Positions 13,274 through 25,625 of a stretch of DNA of 64,000 bases are shown here, one piece after another. A model generated the notes under the pieces. That model made no database searches and was not told the DNA's origin. It saw only the letters and a list, made by a program, of their open reading frames with translations. Position 1 is the stretch's first letter. Each line of letters begins with the position of its first letter. The position numbers and the translations under genes are program-made. Source of the DNA: Selaginella moellendorffii (lineage: Eukaryota; Plantae; Lycopodiophyta); the NCBI RefSeq assembly GCF_000143415.4, contig NW_003314364.1, positions 490,676 to 554,675 of the forward strand, read 5' to 3'.

Positions 13274-14822
13274 AGGTAGGTTGCACCGAGGCCCCGAGAC
13301 TGAGCCATTTGCGTATCTGTCCTTGTTCTAAGTCCGGCTTAGGTCTAAGTCCAAGTTCCATTCCATGTTAGCTGGTGGAGTACCCATGTCCTTGCGTTAG
13401 GCCACCGATATGCCGAAGGTTGGTCAGCCATACCCGACTTACCCACTATTCTTACTATACATTTGGAACCCCCCACAACCCCCTGGCACAATCCTAACAT
13501 GCGACCACGGTGGATCGCGCTAGCTCCAGATGCGTGAGAACCCTTCGAAGAGTGTAGAGTGTACCTCTGCTACTGATGCCAAGTGCTGGTAACTGCGTGA
13601 AATAGTAAAAACTCTAGAAAACAAAGTGGAAAAGAAAGAAAAGAGGTAGGTGTGAAGTTTGGAGACAAGGAAGGAAACCCGGTGGGAAACCCTGTAGTCA
13701 AACTGGACCCTGAAGTTGAAGAAAAAGTGTAGAAAAAGTGTGAAAAGAGGAAACTAAAGGAAAAAAAGTGAGTACCCAAAGAACTTAACCCATACCTGAA
13801 TTTCAGCTCAGGAAAGTGTAATATGCAAATGCAGCCTCTTGATGACTTCCAGTATGCTCCAAGGATTGGCCAAAATCGAGAAAGAAAGAGAGGTAGAAGA
13901 GGGGATGCATTGCCCAAGGGTGGTAAGTATGGAAACGATGAAAGATGGAGTGATATGGTGGAGCGTCGAGATGGTGGTGGCACTTTGAAAAGGTGGCCAT
14001 TGATAACCCTTGGCCTATAGAGTAAGCGCTGACCACTCGGAGTAGCCGGTAACTAGGAACCAATAATAAGTAACCAGTAACTGAGGACTTGTAACTTGTA
14101 ACCGGTAACCACCTGCTTGCACTCCTACTCCTGCGTTTGCTTCAGCACCGATATGGTGGAACGCCAAGATGGTGGTGGCACTTTGAGAAGGTGGCTAGTC
14201 TGATGTGTCAGACTGAAGAAGTCAGCAGCTGAAAATTATGTTGTAGTCACTAGGTTGCCGGTAAAGGGAGGTGGCATGTGTCCACTGAGTGCTTGAGCAA
14301 AAGAAAGTGGCTTCAGCTTCTATGGCCTCACCTAAAGATCCACCTAGGTGCCTTGAGTGAACAAGTTCACCTGGTTGGAAGAAAGTCGCTCCAGAAAAGC
14401 TAGTGTATTGTCAGCAAATGGTTGTAAGGATATCTTGGAAATGGCACTTCCAAATGAGGTGGTGTCATTTGCTGCTGGTGCACGTATGTGTGTCCATAGT
14501 ATGGTGTAAATGTGACCTCAAACGGAGATGTGAATGATGGTGAAAGAATGAAAGATGCAAGACGGGCATCTAGAGATAAGTGTGGGCAATGCTGCTGGAA
14601 GTGATTGGTGATGGAACTGTGAGTGTAGATAGTATGGAAAAAATGAGGGGAATGTGTGGGGTGTAGTAATGGTAAGGGAAGGGCCAAAGAACCTAGAACA
14701 TAGACCAAGCCAAGCGAGGAACTTCCATACAAACGGCAATGCAGCCTGAGTGTGAAATCCAAGGCATGGGCCATAGTCCAATGGAGAAAGACCCTCTGAA
14801 AGTAAGAAAAGTATCCATGAAA

Positions 14823-14846
14823 AAGCTCTATTTCGTTAAAGTGGGA
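14823..14846 (+). repeat. Left terminal inverted repeat of the giant DNA transposon
   Basis: aagctctatttcgttaaagtggga, the exact reverse complement of 42217-42240. Confidence 0.9.
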
Positions 14847-16066
14847 TTTATTCAGTAAAATGGGACTAGGTACAAATTTTCAAGTATTTGAAAATGACAT
14901 GAAATTATATGTTTTTTGTCCATAGACATATCTGGGGCATGGTGACTAGCGCGGTGACTTTGTGTCCAGACTGAGTCCATCTGGTTGTATAATAAATCTC
15001 ATTGTCAAGGTGAACAAGCCGAATCTGAAGCTAAAGAAGAGCGATGGCATGCGCGCACACACTATTTGTTTGTTCATTGAGCGTGTGGTGAGCTTTCCAA
15101 GATGAACGTCATTCCTATTAGCCAGACATATAACTTAATGGTGAGAACATTTAGATATTATTCAATGTTATCTTTTTCTAACGAATCTAATTGTGAAGGT
15201 GTAGCAAGAGGCATTGCTAGTCTGGAGAAGTCATTTAACTCATTTGACCCTTAGTGTATTTTCATGAAACTAAATAACATTCATATTATTAAGGAATTTC
15301 TCTAGTACCTTTTTTTACGACATAGAGGCTTGCATTTCTTTCAAAGGTGATTTAGTAAAAGGCCTGAGGGCACATGCCATTCTATTTCTCAGACCGGTAT
15401 TAAGATATACTAGTGCAAAGGGAAAAAGGTATTTGGTGATCAAGTAAATGGCATGAGGGCACACGCCATTATAAGCCTAAGCGCTAGTGGACACCTCCTT
15501 TTTGGTACTCTCAGCGGTACTATCATCCTTCTCCGGGTCAGTTGTTTTGCTTTGGATTGTTGTCTCTGACGTTACTGGGGCGTTCTCGATAGTTGTTAAT
15601 GTTGCCGTTTGTTCAGAAAAATGATCACCTGGAGTATAGTACGGGGAGTTTGGAAGACTTATATATTCTACATCTTCACCTATCTCCTTCTCTGTCTCCT
15701 TTTCTGCCTCACTTACAGATTTTGTGCTTGCCATGAGAACGCTCTTCACCCTAAAATATGGAGTTCGTTGTGTTATAAAAGGAAACCAACACACACGCTG
15801 CAAGGGAATGATGGTACATAAAGCACGTAAGCCCACAATATGGGTTTATGTGCCATTAATATGGGCCACACGCCATATTATTAGATTTATGCACGTGTGA
15901 TTGGTAAATGTATATGTCACATCATCTTTGTTTTACCTCACACACTATATCAGGCCTAATGAACCATATCACATGTGCGCACATGCTATATATATGGAGA
16001 AGTATTATGCAAGGATAGAAAAATTCAATGCATGATTGTGGAGAGTAATGGCATGAAGCCACATGC

Positions 16067-16453
16067 TGTCAAGACCCCCAACAAGATCAAGACTGGAAAA
16101 TGCTAAAGACAAAGAGAAAAAGCTAGTGAAAACAAAGAAGAGGCCTTAGACTGGTGTTGATTCAGATTGTGGAGAAATGGAACAAGGCTAACCTATATAT
16201 ACTATAGGTTGATGAAGCTCCACCACTCTTGGATCGAGGACGGCCTAAATACAGCTGAGGTCGAGGAGGCGCCACATCATCATCAGGAATGTGGCTCGAG
16301 ACTCAGGAATCGGGAAGTGTCTCGAGAGTCAGGAATAGGGAAGTGTCTCGAGAGTCAGGAATAGGGAAGTGTCTCGAGAGTCAGGAATGTGGTCTGCAGG
16401 TCAGAAATCCGGCGAGAGTCAGGAATGTGGCAAGAATTGGGGGATTCCTGACA
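16067..16453 (-). repeat. 3' LTR of the chromovirus (contains ~26-bp tandem repeats ctcgagagtcaggaatagggaagtgt)
   Basis: Near-identical to 21267-21653. Confidence 0.95.
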
Positions 16454-16464
16454 GCACCCCCTCC

Positions 16465-19400
16465 TCAAGAACGAGTGGAACGAGGATGTGAACGAGAACG
16501 AAGAGGAGGATGAGATGAGCGGCGAGGGATGGGAGATGGAGAAAAAGAATGAGGACTGGGACGAGAAGGATAGCGGCGGTGGAAGTCCTGAACAAGGTCA
16601 GGAGAATGAATCAGGTTGTCCGCAGGTTCCCAAGTGCGTTCCTCAGGTCCGTAACCCTTCCAGTCCACCAGATAGTAGAGTTTAGATCGTGAAATCTTGG
16701 AATCAAGGATGTCCTGAACCTCGTACTCAGACCCATCCTCGAGCTGCACTGGTGGAGGCGGAGGAATGACCCGATTTGGAATAGGACTGGGAATATAAGG
16801 CTCAAGGAGAGAGGAGTGAAAAACGGGGTGAATTTGATATGAGGAGGGAAGTGCAAGGCGATAAGTGACAGGATTAATGATGGCAGTGATAGGGAAAGGA
16901 CCAAGGCGTTTGAAATCGAGTTTTGGACAGGGCCTGGTGGTGGAGATATTTCGCCTGAGGAGCCAGACTTTATCCCCGATATTGTAAGGGGGACAATCCT
17001 GACGATGGACATTGGCAAATGTTTTATGAGATTCCTGAGCACGATGGAGGTGGAAGGAGATGGAGTTGTGGATTTCCTGAAGGTTGGAGATAAATGATTC
17101 AGAGCGGGGATTTGAACGAGAGGATTCAGATGGAGAAGAAAGTGAGAGATTGAATCGGGGATTTCGGCCAGAGTTCGCAAAGAAGGGGGAAACTCGAAGA
17201 GAGGAGTGAACAGAGTTGTTATAGGAGAACTCAGCAAGGGGAAGGATATCGAACCAGTTATCCTGATGATAGTTGATGAAGCACCTCAAGAATTGTTCCA
17301 ACGTCTGAATCGTTCGCTCGGACTGCCCATCAGTTTGAGGATGATATGCCGAAGAGAGGTTGGCCTTCACTCCAAGCAGCTGCAAAAACCGTTGCCAGAA
17401 ATGAGAGATGAACTAAGGCCCCCGATCCGAAACCACATCTGTAGGAATCCCATGAAGTCGGAAAATTTCCCTGAATACCAGTTTTGCCATGTCCTCGCCC
17501 GAAAACTCCTTGGTACATGGCAAGAAGTGCGCCATCTTTGTGAAGCGATCCACCACGACTAAAATGCTGTTGAAGCCTCCAGAACTCGGAAGATCACTCA
17601 AGAAATCCATGGAGATGGATTCCCAAGGACCTGAAGGGACCGGAAGGGAACGAAGCAAACCTGAAGGAAGGTGGCGAGGTACCTTATTCCGGGCACAAGT
17701 GTCACAGGAGGTAACAAAAGCTTTGATGTAGTCGTCCATGTGAGGCCACCAAAAGTCCCGTGCAACTAGCTCATAGGTTTTCGCAATGCCGAAGTGACCA
17801 GCAGTCGGGCTATCGTGGCACGCCATCAGGATCAACCTTCGAGCATCACCTTCAGGAACGTAAAGCTGCTCCCCACGGTACAATAAGCCATCTAAGAACT
17901 CGAACTCGTCAAATCGCCGGCAGTCGGGAGTCACTGGGTGTCCAGCCTGAAGATGGGGAAAAATGTCGTTAGCGAGATCATCGGATTGAAGATCGTTTCT
18001 GATTGCATCCATCAAGGAGGAGTCCTGAGGGGCCAGGGAAATTGCCATAACTTGAAGCCGATCAGGACCGAGGATAACTTGATCCTGTTGATCGAAGGCA
18101 GGATTACCAGGCCTGAGACTGAGATAGGAGCGCCTTGAAAGAGCATCAGGAAGGCCTTGAAACTTTCCAGGTCTGTACTTGATAACAAAGTCAAACCGAC
18201 TCAGGAATTGTGCCCACCTTGCTTGACGACGGCTTAAAACTCGGGAAGTGGCAAAGTACTTGAGATTTTTGTGATCCGTCCAGACTGTTGTTTGATGGCT
18301 CGCCCCCTCCAAGAAACGGCGCCACTCTCCAAAGGAATCCACGATGGCAAGAAGCTCCTTGTCGTGGATTTCATAATTGATCTCCGCAGGCTGGAATTTC
18401 CGAGAATGGAAAGCGACCGGATGAAGTTCGTGATCCGCTCCGAGTTGAGATAGCACAGCACCAATGGCAAAGTCGGAGGCGTCAGCCTCGATGAAGAAAG
18501 GTTGTGAGGAATCAGCATGGATCAAGACAGGAGCAGAACTGAAGGCCGCCTTGAGTGTGTCGAAGGCCTGCTGGGCAGCAGCAGACCAAGAGAAGGGAAC
18601 ATCCTTGCGAGTGAGATGTGTGAGAGGAAGGACAATGTCAGAGTAGTGATCAATGAATTTGCGGTAGAAGTTGGCGAAGCCAAGGAAAACCTGAACGTCT
18701 GACATTGATTGTGGAGGCTCCCATTCGAGAATAGTCTTGACTTTAGCAGGATCCATCGTGATACCCTCAGGAGTGACAATGTACCCAAGGAACTCCACAG
18801 ACTGCTGATCAAAGGAACATTTCTCAAGCTTCGCGTATAGGCCGTGTTCTCGCAGCTTCGCTAGCACCTTGCGAACATGTTCGTCATGCTCCTCCTGAGT
18901 TTTTGAGTAGATGAGGATGTCATCGAGGTAGACGATCACCATCTGATCAAGAAACTCCCGAAAAACGTCGTTCGCCATGTGTTGGAAAACCGCTGGAGCA
19001 TTTGTCAAGCCAAATGGCATGACAGTGTACTCGAAGTGGCCATAGCGGGTTCGGAACGCAGTCTTCCATTCATCACCAGGCCGGATCCGGATCAGGTTGT
19101 ATGCTCCACGGAGGTCAATCTTGGTGAAGAAGCGGGCACCGCCGAGGCGTTCCAACAGGCAGCGGATAACGGTTCCGAACAGTCACCTTGTTCAAACCTC
19201 GGCAGTCGATGACTTGCCGCAAGCTCCCATCCTTCTTCTTGACAAAGAAGACAGGCGCTCCAGCCGGGGACTGCGAATGCTGAATGTAGCCCGAGGCAAG
19301 GTTCTCATCCACGTACTCTTTGAGGGCCTTAAGCTCGGACGGAGATAACCCGTAGATAGGCCCCCACGGAGGTGACGCTCCTTCCTGTAAATCAATGGGA

Positions 19401-20230
19401 CAATCATAAGGCCGATGAACAGGTAGTACACTAGCTTTTTTCTTGTCAAACACATCCCCAAAATCATGATACTTCTCAGGAAGACTGACAGGAGAAACAT
19501 GCAAAGCAAAAAGAAAAAGAGGTTCTTCATGAAGGAGTTCTTTCATAGTGATTGTGGAGATAGGAGGAGGGGTACGACTAAATGGAATGATGAGACGAGG
19601 ATACTGTCCAGTGTAAGATGGAAGAGAGGAAAAAGAAGAGGATGAAAACTTCGTAGAGTCAGGAACAGAACCCCGACTTGAGTTTAGGGAACTTTTCCTG
19701 ATTCGGACTCGATGAACACCAGGGGAAGCCATGGGAGATGGTGATGTGGGAGAGATGAACTGTAAGTCCTTCCAACAAATCTGAGGCTGATGTAGTTGGA
19801 ACCAAGGAAGACCGAGCACCACAGAGGAAGACTTGCTGTTGATGATGTTGAAGGCGATATCGGTGACAGTGGACCCGATGTGTACTCGAACGGGCAACGT
19901 TTCCCTAAGTCCAGAAGATGGAGACACAAAATGCCCGCCGATGCCTTCAACCCTCAGATCCCGTATGGTAGGAGAAAGAGGAACGTGATGTCGGCCAGCA
20001 AAGTCCGTGTCCATGAAGCAGGAAGTTGCACCCGAGTCCAGTAGCGCCAAAGCCTTGAGTCCTGATTGTATGGTGAAAGAAAGGAGACATGGGACGCGGA
20101 AGTTGCGGGAATTGGTGGTGGCTTTGATGAAAGGTGGTGAGGAGCTTGATAAGGAAGAAAAGTGATTTTTATTTGGGGAGTCCAAACAGACAGCTCCTAC
20201 TCTGTTTGGACAGGGTCGTTTCCCGACTGC
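16465..20230 (-). pseudogene. pol: Retrotransposon Pol (protease-RT-RNase H-integrase-chromodomain), disrupted
   Basis: [41 protein letters not shown] zinc finger, ISMDF..SDRGP, GPF module, chromodomain YEVQDIL..YLVDWKGYG..TWEP. There is a frameshifting deletion after RYPLP (about 19160) and an in-frame TAG at 17413-17415. Confidence 0.93.
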
Positions 20231-21174
20231 AACAGTGGTGGACTTTGAGGCAGAGTGAACTCGAGCAATCGGGGAGGCTTCCTGGGACACACAGCTGCTT
20301 TGTGATTAGGATCAGCACAGTAGAGGCAAAGATTATGAGATATTTGACGTTGCCTCTCAGCAGGACTCAACTTCCCTCTAATGAGTCGGGGAGTACCAGA
20401 AATATCCATCGGGACCGGAGCAGTAGGTTCAGGACTATGCCCCGAAGACTCAAGCTGGGATTCCTGAGTTTGGGACGGAAAAACAGCGGCGCGGCGACTT
20501 TCCTGACGACGTTCAAAGAGACGATTGTCACATCGAACAGCTTTGTTGATGGCGTCCGACAGGTCCTTGGGATCCTCCATGGTGAGCAACAAATCCTTGA
20601 CACCGTTGTTGAGGCCGAAACGAAATTGGTCAATCAGGGCCCGCTCATCCCACTGAGTGTCCAAGGCAAGGAGTTGGAACTCTGCAGCGTAGATCGAGGC
20701 AGGACGAGACCCCTGAGAGAGACGTCTCATCTTTGTGGTAGCAGCCCGAACCCGATCCGTCTCGCCAAAACATGCTTCGAGCTTCTCTTTGAACAATTGA
20801 AGATCCATCAGCTCCGGAACCACGACCCCTTTCATGCTCTTCTCCAGAAGAGGAGAAAACCATGACAAAGCTGCACCCTCGAGCAACGCCCCAATCGCGC
20901 CGATTTGAGACTCGGGAGTGGGGTACCGCCGATGTTGAAGTGCAAAGATCAGCTCCATTTGATTCAAAAATCCACGAAGCTCCGAACGCTTGCCTGAAAA
21001 TTTCACCGGGAAACTCACCTTCGGTTCAGGAACTTTGCTGGATCCTTGAGTTGAAAGTGAAGCAAGCTCCTGCTGCATGCGAAGAAGGGTCGCCTTCAGC
21101 TCGGTATTCTCAGACTGGATTTTTGCAAGGACTTCGACAAAGAAATCAGGATGGCTTGGAGACTCCATTGGCAA
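20197..21174 (-). CDS. gag: Retrotransposon Gag (capsid plus CCHC zinc knuckle)
   Basis: [50 protein letters not shown] and [14 protein letters not shown] (CX2CX4HX4C). Confidence 0.92.
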   Translation of the reverse strand: MPMESPSHPDFFVEVLAKIQSENTELKATLLRMQQELASLSTQGSSKVPEPKVSFPVKFSGKRSELRGFLNQMELIFALQHRRYPTPESQIGAIGALLEGAALSWFSPLLEKSMKGVVVPELMDLQLFKEKLEACFGETDRVRAATTKMRRLSQGSRPASIYAAEFQLLALDTQWDERALIDQFRFGLNNGVKDLLLTMEDPKDLSDAINKAVRCDNRLFERRQESRRAAVFPSQTQESQLESSGHSPEPTAPVPMDISGTPRLIRGKLSPAERQRQISHNLCLYCADPNHKAAVCPRKPPRLLEFTLPQSPPLLQSGNDPVQTE

Positions 21175-21266
21175 GAAGAAAGAAAAGAAAGGGGGGAAAA
21201 GACAAAGGCAATCAAATAATCAAAACAAGCTAAAAGAAAAGCAAAAAAACACAATCTGAATCAAAC

Positions 21267-21653
21267 TGTCAAGACCCCCAACAAGATCAAGACTGGAAAA
21301 TGCTAAAGACAAAGAGAAAAAGCTAGTGAAAACAAAGAAGAGGCCTTAGACTGGTGTTGATTCAGATTGTGGAGAAATGGAACAAGGCTAACCTATATAT
21401 ACTATAGGTTGATGAAGCTCCACCACTCTTGGATCGAGGACGGCCTAAATACAGCTGAGGTCGAGGAGGTGCCACATCATCATCAGGAATGTGGCTCGAG
21501 ACTCAGGAATCGGGAAGTGTCTCGAGAGTCAGGAATAGGGAAGTGTCTCGAGAGTCAGGAATAGGGAAGTGTCTCGAGAGTCAGGAATGTGGTCTGCAGG
21601 TCAGGAATCCGGCGAGAGTCAGGAATGTGGCAAGAATTGGGGGATTCCTGACA
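21267..21653 (-). repeat. 5' LTR of the chromovirus
   Basis: Near-identical to 16067-16453; TATA-like tatata at about 21394-21400. Confidence 0.95.
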
Positions 21654-22039
21654 CATGCTAAATAACATTTTAGAGAAAGAATTAAAATAGAAACATGCAA
21701 ACAGTACTGAGTGGACCAAGACTTAGAAGTGCACAATTGAATGAGGTATTTCTAATAAATATTTCACTCACCTCATATAGGAATGGCTACCACTCTCAAA
21801 TGGCATATCGCCTCATGCCATCATCTCGCAATTTGTTATAACAATCCGATGAATTCATATTCGGCTTGTTCACCTTGAACTTTAAGTAAGACTTGCTAGA
21901 ACAACTAAGAATTTATACTTGTTATTTGTATCATCTCACCTAGGAATGGCATAAGGCCACATGCCATCACGCCTCCTCTGATTCAGATTTGGATTGTTCA
22001 CCTTGAAATAAAATACATTAGAAACTTAGTAAAGGAATA

Positions 22040-25000
22040 TTAATGAATCTCACCTTGAACCCGGGTTATGAATGCTCTTGCTGCATCTCTTGCATGGTCT
22101 GGCAAGGTGATGGTGGCACTCTGCTTCCGCATCCAACCATGCACAACATTATCCACCGATATGCTCATGCTGGGATCCCTTGGATTCAACACCCATCTCT
22201 TTTCTAGGCAATCCTTCGTATATCCGGAACTTGGCTTGAACCACTCCACAGTTACATTGAAGGAGTTAGTTTCCGCGTCCTCCTCTGCATCAGTGATGCA
22301 GCGCCCCACCCATATCATTTGTTTTTTATTACTGGGTCTGACAAGCACGACCATTCCTTTGCAGACCTGTACTGGATTGAATGTTGAATCCGGCTTCTTG
22401 TTCCTCGGCCCACAATAGTGATCCTCAACATCGTTATCTGTCACTGCATTTCCAGAGGACATTGTTCCGCTACTATCTGGTGCTTTGGGTTCTGACCAAA
22501 AGGACTCTTCCAATTCTTCATATACAACCGGCCCATTTTGGATAGCAGATATAATCTTCTCCCAGTATTCGAGCAAAGGCTTGCACCTCTGAAAATAGGA
22601 TTCTCCACCAAACACCAACCCCCTCTTCCAGAAGGCAATATGCTGTCTAATCCCAGCCACTATACTTTCCTGGTCTTTGAGTCCATCCGGGTGCATCGGC
22701 CATGGGGAACCCTGAGGAATCATAGGTTCCCCAGTTATGGGATCTCTCTTGAAGAGTTCAATGCCGTCCACTGGCAGCCACACTGTGTCCCATTCTCTCA
22801 TCTTGTACCTCATTACTGAAGCACTGTCACGCATGCTGAAATGAAACTGAAGAGGCTTGGAGTGGCCAATCAGTGTTTCGGATCCGTCCCTGATGTAGCC
22901 TCTTACAAACCCCTTAAAGTCTGGAACCTCTGTCACAAGTGCAGCTTCAACAGTGCCTTTGATGCAATTTTGGAATTCATCGTAGAGTTGTGGGAGGGTG
23001 AGGACATTGGATCGCCGGAGGGACTCTGCCAGGTGACTGAACATGGCATCGACGTCTTCATGAGTGTGCTCAACCATGAGAAAGCCAAGTGTAACCGTTT
23101 CAAATATGCCTTTGGCAACAAGCATCGCCAAGTACGCAAAGAGGTACATGTTTTTGTTCTCACTGCCAGCATTGTCTGTTTGGAGCAGAAGATGGGGTGG
23201 AAGGCCACATCGGCCGCAAGAACTTCCTTGAGATTCTGCTTCGTTTGGATGAGGCTGTGCATTCACCGGGCGACCAGCCTCGTCGGAATGGCATGAGGCC
23301 TCACGTGATAACCCTACAATCTGACGGCCAACATATTCACTGGGATGGCATGGGGCCCCACGCGATACTGCAAGCCTTTGCTCCTCCTCCAGCTGAACCC
23401 TGTATGGGGTTCGATCAACAAGGGCCTTATGCAAGGGTTGGCCGTTCAGCTCAGTCTGCGCACTTTGCAGAGACCTTAAGTGTTTTGCTAGGGACGCAAT
23501 CATCATGTTTGCACCCCCGCCACCCCATAGAGGTACAAAGAAGTTCCCATAGTTCTGGGCACCATGCCTATGAGCGATTATGCCAAATAGAGACATAGGC
23601 AGCTGCATGGATGAAGAGATTGCCTTGGGGGCAGGATTGAGTCGAGGTAAGCACGTCTTTTTCTGGTCCATTTTGTCGTGGATGATGCAGAGGTAAGAGT
23701 CAGGTCTCTCCATGGAGAGAATCCTGTTATGATAATATGCAGTCCTGCAACTTCTTTGCTTGATGTTGTGGTCGAGCCGCCTTCTAACCAACGTCTCTCG
23801 CTCTTGAGCGCTGCAAGAATTCTTCGACAAAGCCATTTTGATAGCAGTGCACTCGTCACACTTTGAAAAGCTGGAGTACTTTCCTATACTCACATCCCTG
23901 AACCTGTTGCTCCACAATCTGCTAAATCTAGATTGGCTCAGCTTCCTGTAGCCATTACTCTAGAGTTCCCGATTCACATCTTCCAATATGGTCCCCTTGG
24001 TATACATGGAAGGGAGAACTCGTTGGGTGTCTCGTGTTCCATCTTCCAAGAGGCGGGTTTTATGTGGTTGCTGCTCGCTACATGTCTTGACAAACCTCTT
24101 GAAGATTGCCTCTCCATATACAACATGACCCCTGGTTTTGTGCGTACCGTTGTTCCCATGGACTGCCTGTTGAACCCTTTGTTCCTCGAACTCAGTTTTG
24201 ATTCTGTAGAATGTGGTTCGAGGGACTCCATAAATGATTCTCCATGCCTTCATGCAGACCAAACCCCTCTGGAAGACCATGCCCCCCACCTGATGTTCTG
24301 AAGCATCAACAGATGACCGTAATGCCTCATACACAAAATTGCGAGCTGCCTTCCAGGACAATGTCTTGTATCTTGCTCTCTCCTCTTCAATAGCATCCCA
24401 ATCAGCATGTTAACAGCACCTCCTCTTGCAACAAGCAACTGTCGAGACCATTCGAACCTCCATCGCCATTTTCTGCCTTTTTGGTTCGTTGCTCAGATCC
24501 CTTTGGCTGCGCTTTAGGAAGGTGTACTTTCTTTTCCCATGAAGAGATGTTCTGTCATCAGTTGTAGTGGTGTTTGATTGTGAATCCTTCACATTCTCAA
24601 ACACTAAGTGCCTCAATTTCAACCGCACAATGCTTCCAATAGTCAGACTGTTTTCTTCTATGTCAACAACCTCTAAAATCGCAACTCCAATATCATCCCA
24701 GCCCAATTCTTGATTAGCAACCGCATCTCTTGGATCGACAACTGTGGCTAAGCCCTCAGCTACCACCTCCCCTTTGGGGTTGTTTAGAAACACCTTTGCC
24801 TGAATCCATGTAGCACGGTTCTTAAGATCCACGGAGGGAACATGCGTCGCACTTGCGCTGTCCCCAACATTTGCTTTCTTCTGAAGATTTTTCAAGGCAA
24901 CAACAACATTTACCCCGACGACCATCTCTCCTTGTTCAATAGCGACCACATTCCCATCGAAGACAGTCTCTACTGATACAGCAGCATTGCCTTCCCCAAG

Positions 25001-25108
25001 CCTTTGACAGTGTATAACAAAGTTCCGATCCATAGACACAATGGTCCCTTTTGCAACTCTCTTCCCACCATTCAAAATGTAAACCTTTTCCCCAACCCTG
25101 AAGGCCAT
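22040..25108 (-). pseudogene. Sola-like / DUF7869-type DDE transposase, about 1022 aa, with two in-frame nonsense codons
   Basis: ORFs 24410-25108, 23960-24361 and 22040-23917 share one frame and are separated only by TAA (24410-12) and TAG (23960-62). Motifs: FSKCDEC, IIHDKMDQKKTCLP, GGANMM, LLLQTDNAGSENKN, FLMVEHTHEDVDAMFS. Confidence 0.82.
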
Positions 25109-25474
25109 TCTGAAAGTGCAGAAAAGAAGTTAAGACCATACAAAAAATGATTGGAGAATGGCCTAAATCATAACATACCAAACAACCTCAATAGCATGAG
25201 GCCACATGCCATTATTCAAACATGCTATTGACACCCACGTGAAATTTTGCATTCACAAAATTGGCATGAGCCCTCATGCCATCTTGATATACACACAGCT
25301 GCAGGCAAGTAAAAACATACATGACAATACGCTAGCCATGAAATTGCAAGGGCCCAAGATGGCATGTGGCCTTATGCCATTTCTAAATGTGGTCCTAAGC
25401 CATTCCATGGTGAACATACCAGGAAGCACAAGTGCCGAATATCAAGAGGAAGCGGTAGCCACACCAAAGACAGT

Positions 25475-25625
25475 GCCGCTCGCAACACCGCAACTACTCG
25501 TAGCGCCGCTCGCAACACTGCAACTGCTCGTAGCGCCGCTCGCACAAACTGCCACTCGCATAAACTGCCACTCGCATAAACTGCCGCTCGCAATGGCGCT
25601 CGCAATGCCGCAACCGCTCGTAGAC
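25475..25625. repeat. GC-rich short tandem repeats (gccgctcgca / actgccactcgcataa units) upstream of the transposase
   Basis: Direct repeats visible in the sequence. Confidence 0.7.

Larger units (their letters stand above)
16067..21653 (-). mobile_element. Full-length Ty3/gypsy chromovirus (Tcn1/Tf1-sushi-like), recent insertion
   Basis: 387-bp LTRs (16067-16453, 21267-21653; TG..CA; 2 differences seen); TSD CATGC; PPT aggagggggtgc next to the 3' LTR; domain order gag-PR-RT-RH-IN-chromodomain. Confidence 0.96.

Noticed and set aside
13006-13361. ORFs containing poly-X
   Set aside because: Artefacts of the N gap.
22040-25108. Three separate genes, or a CACTA/En-Spm element
   Set aside because: The three ORFs are one reading frame broken by two stops. 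The termini are not CACTA and the TSD is 4 bp, not 3 bp.
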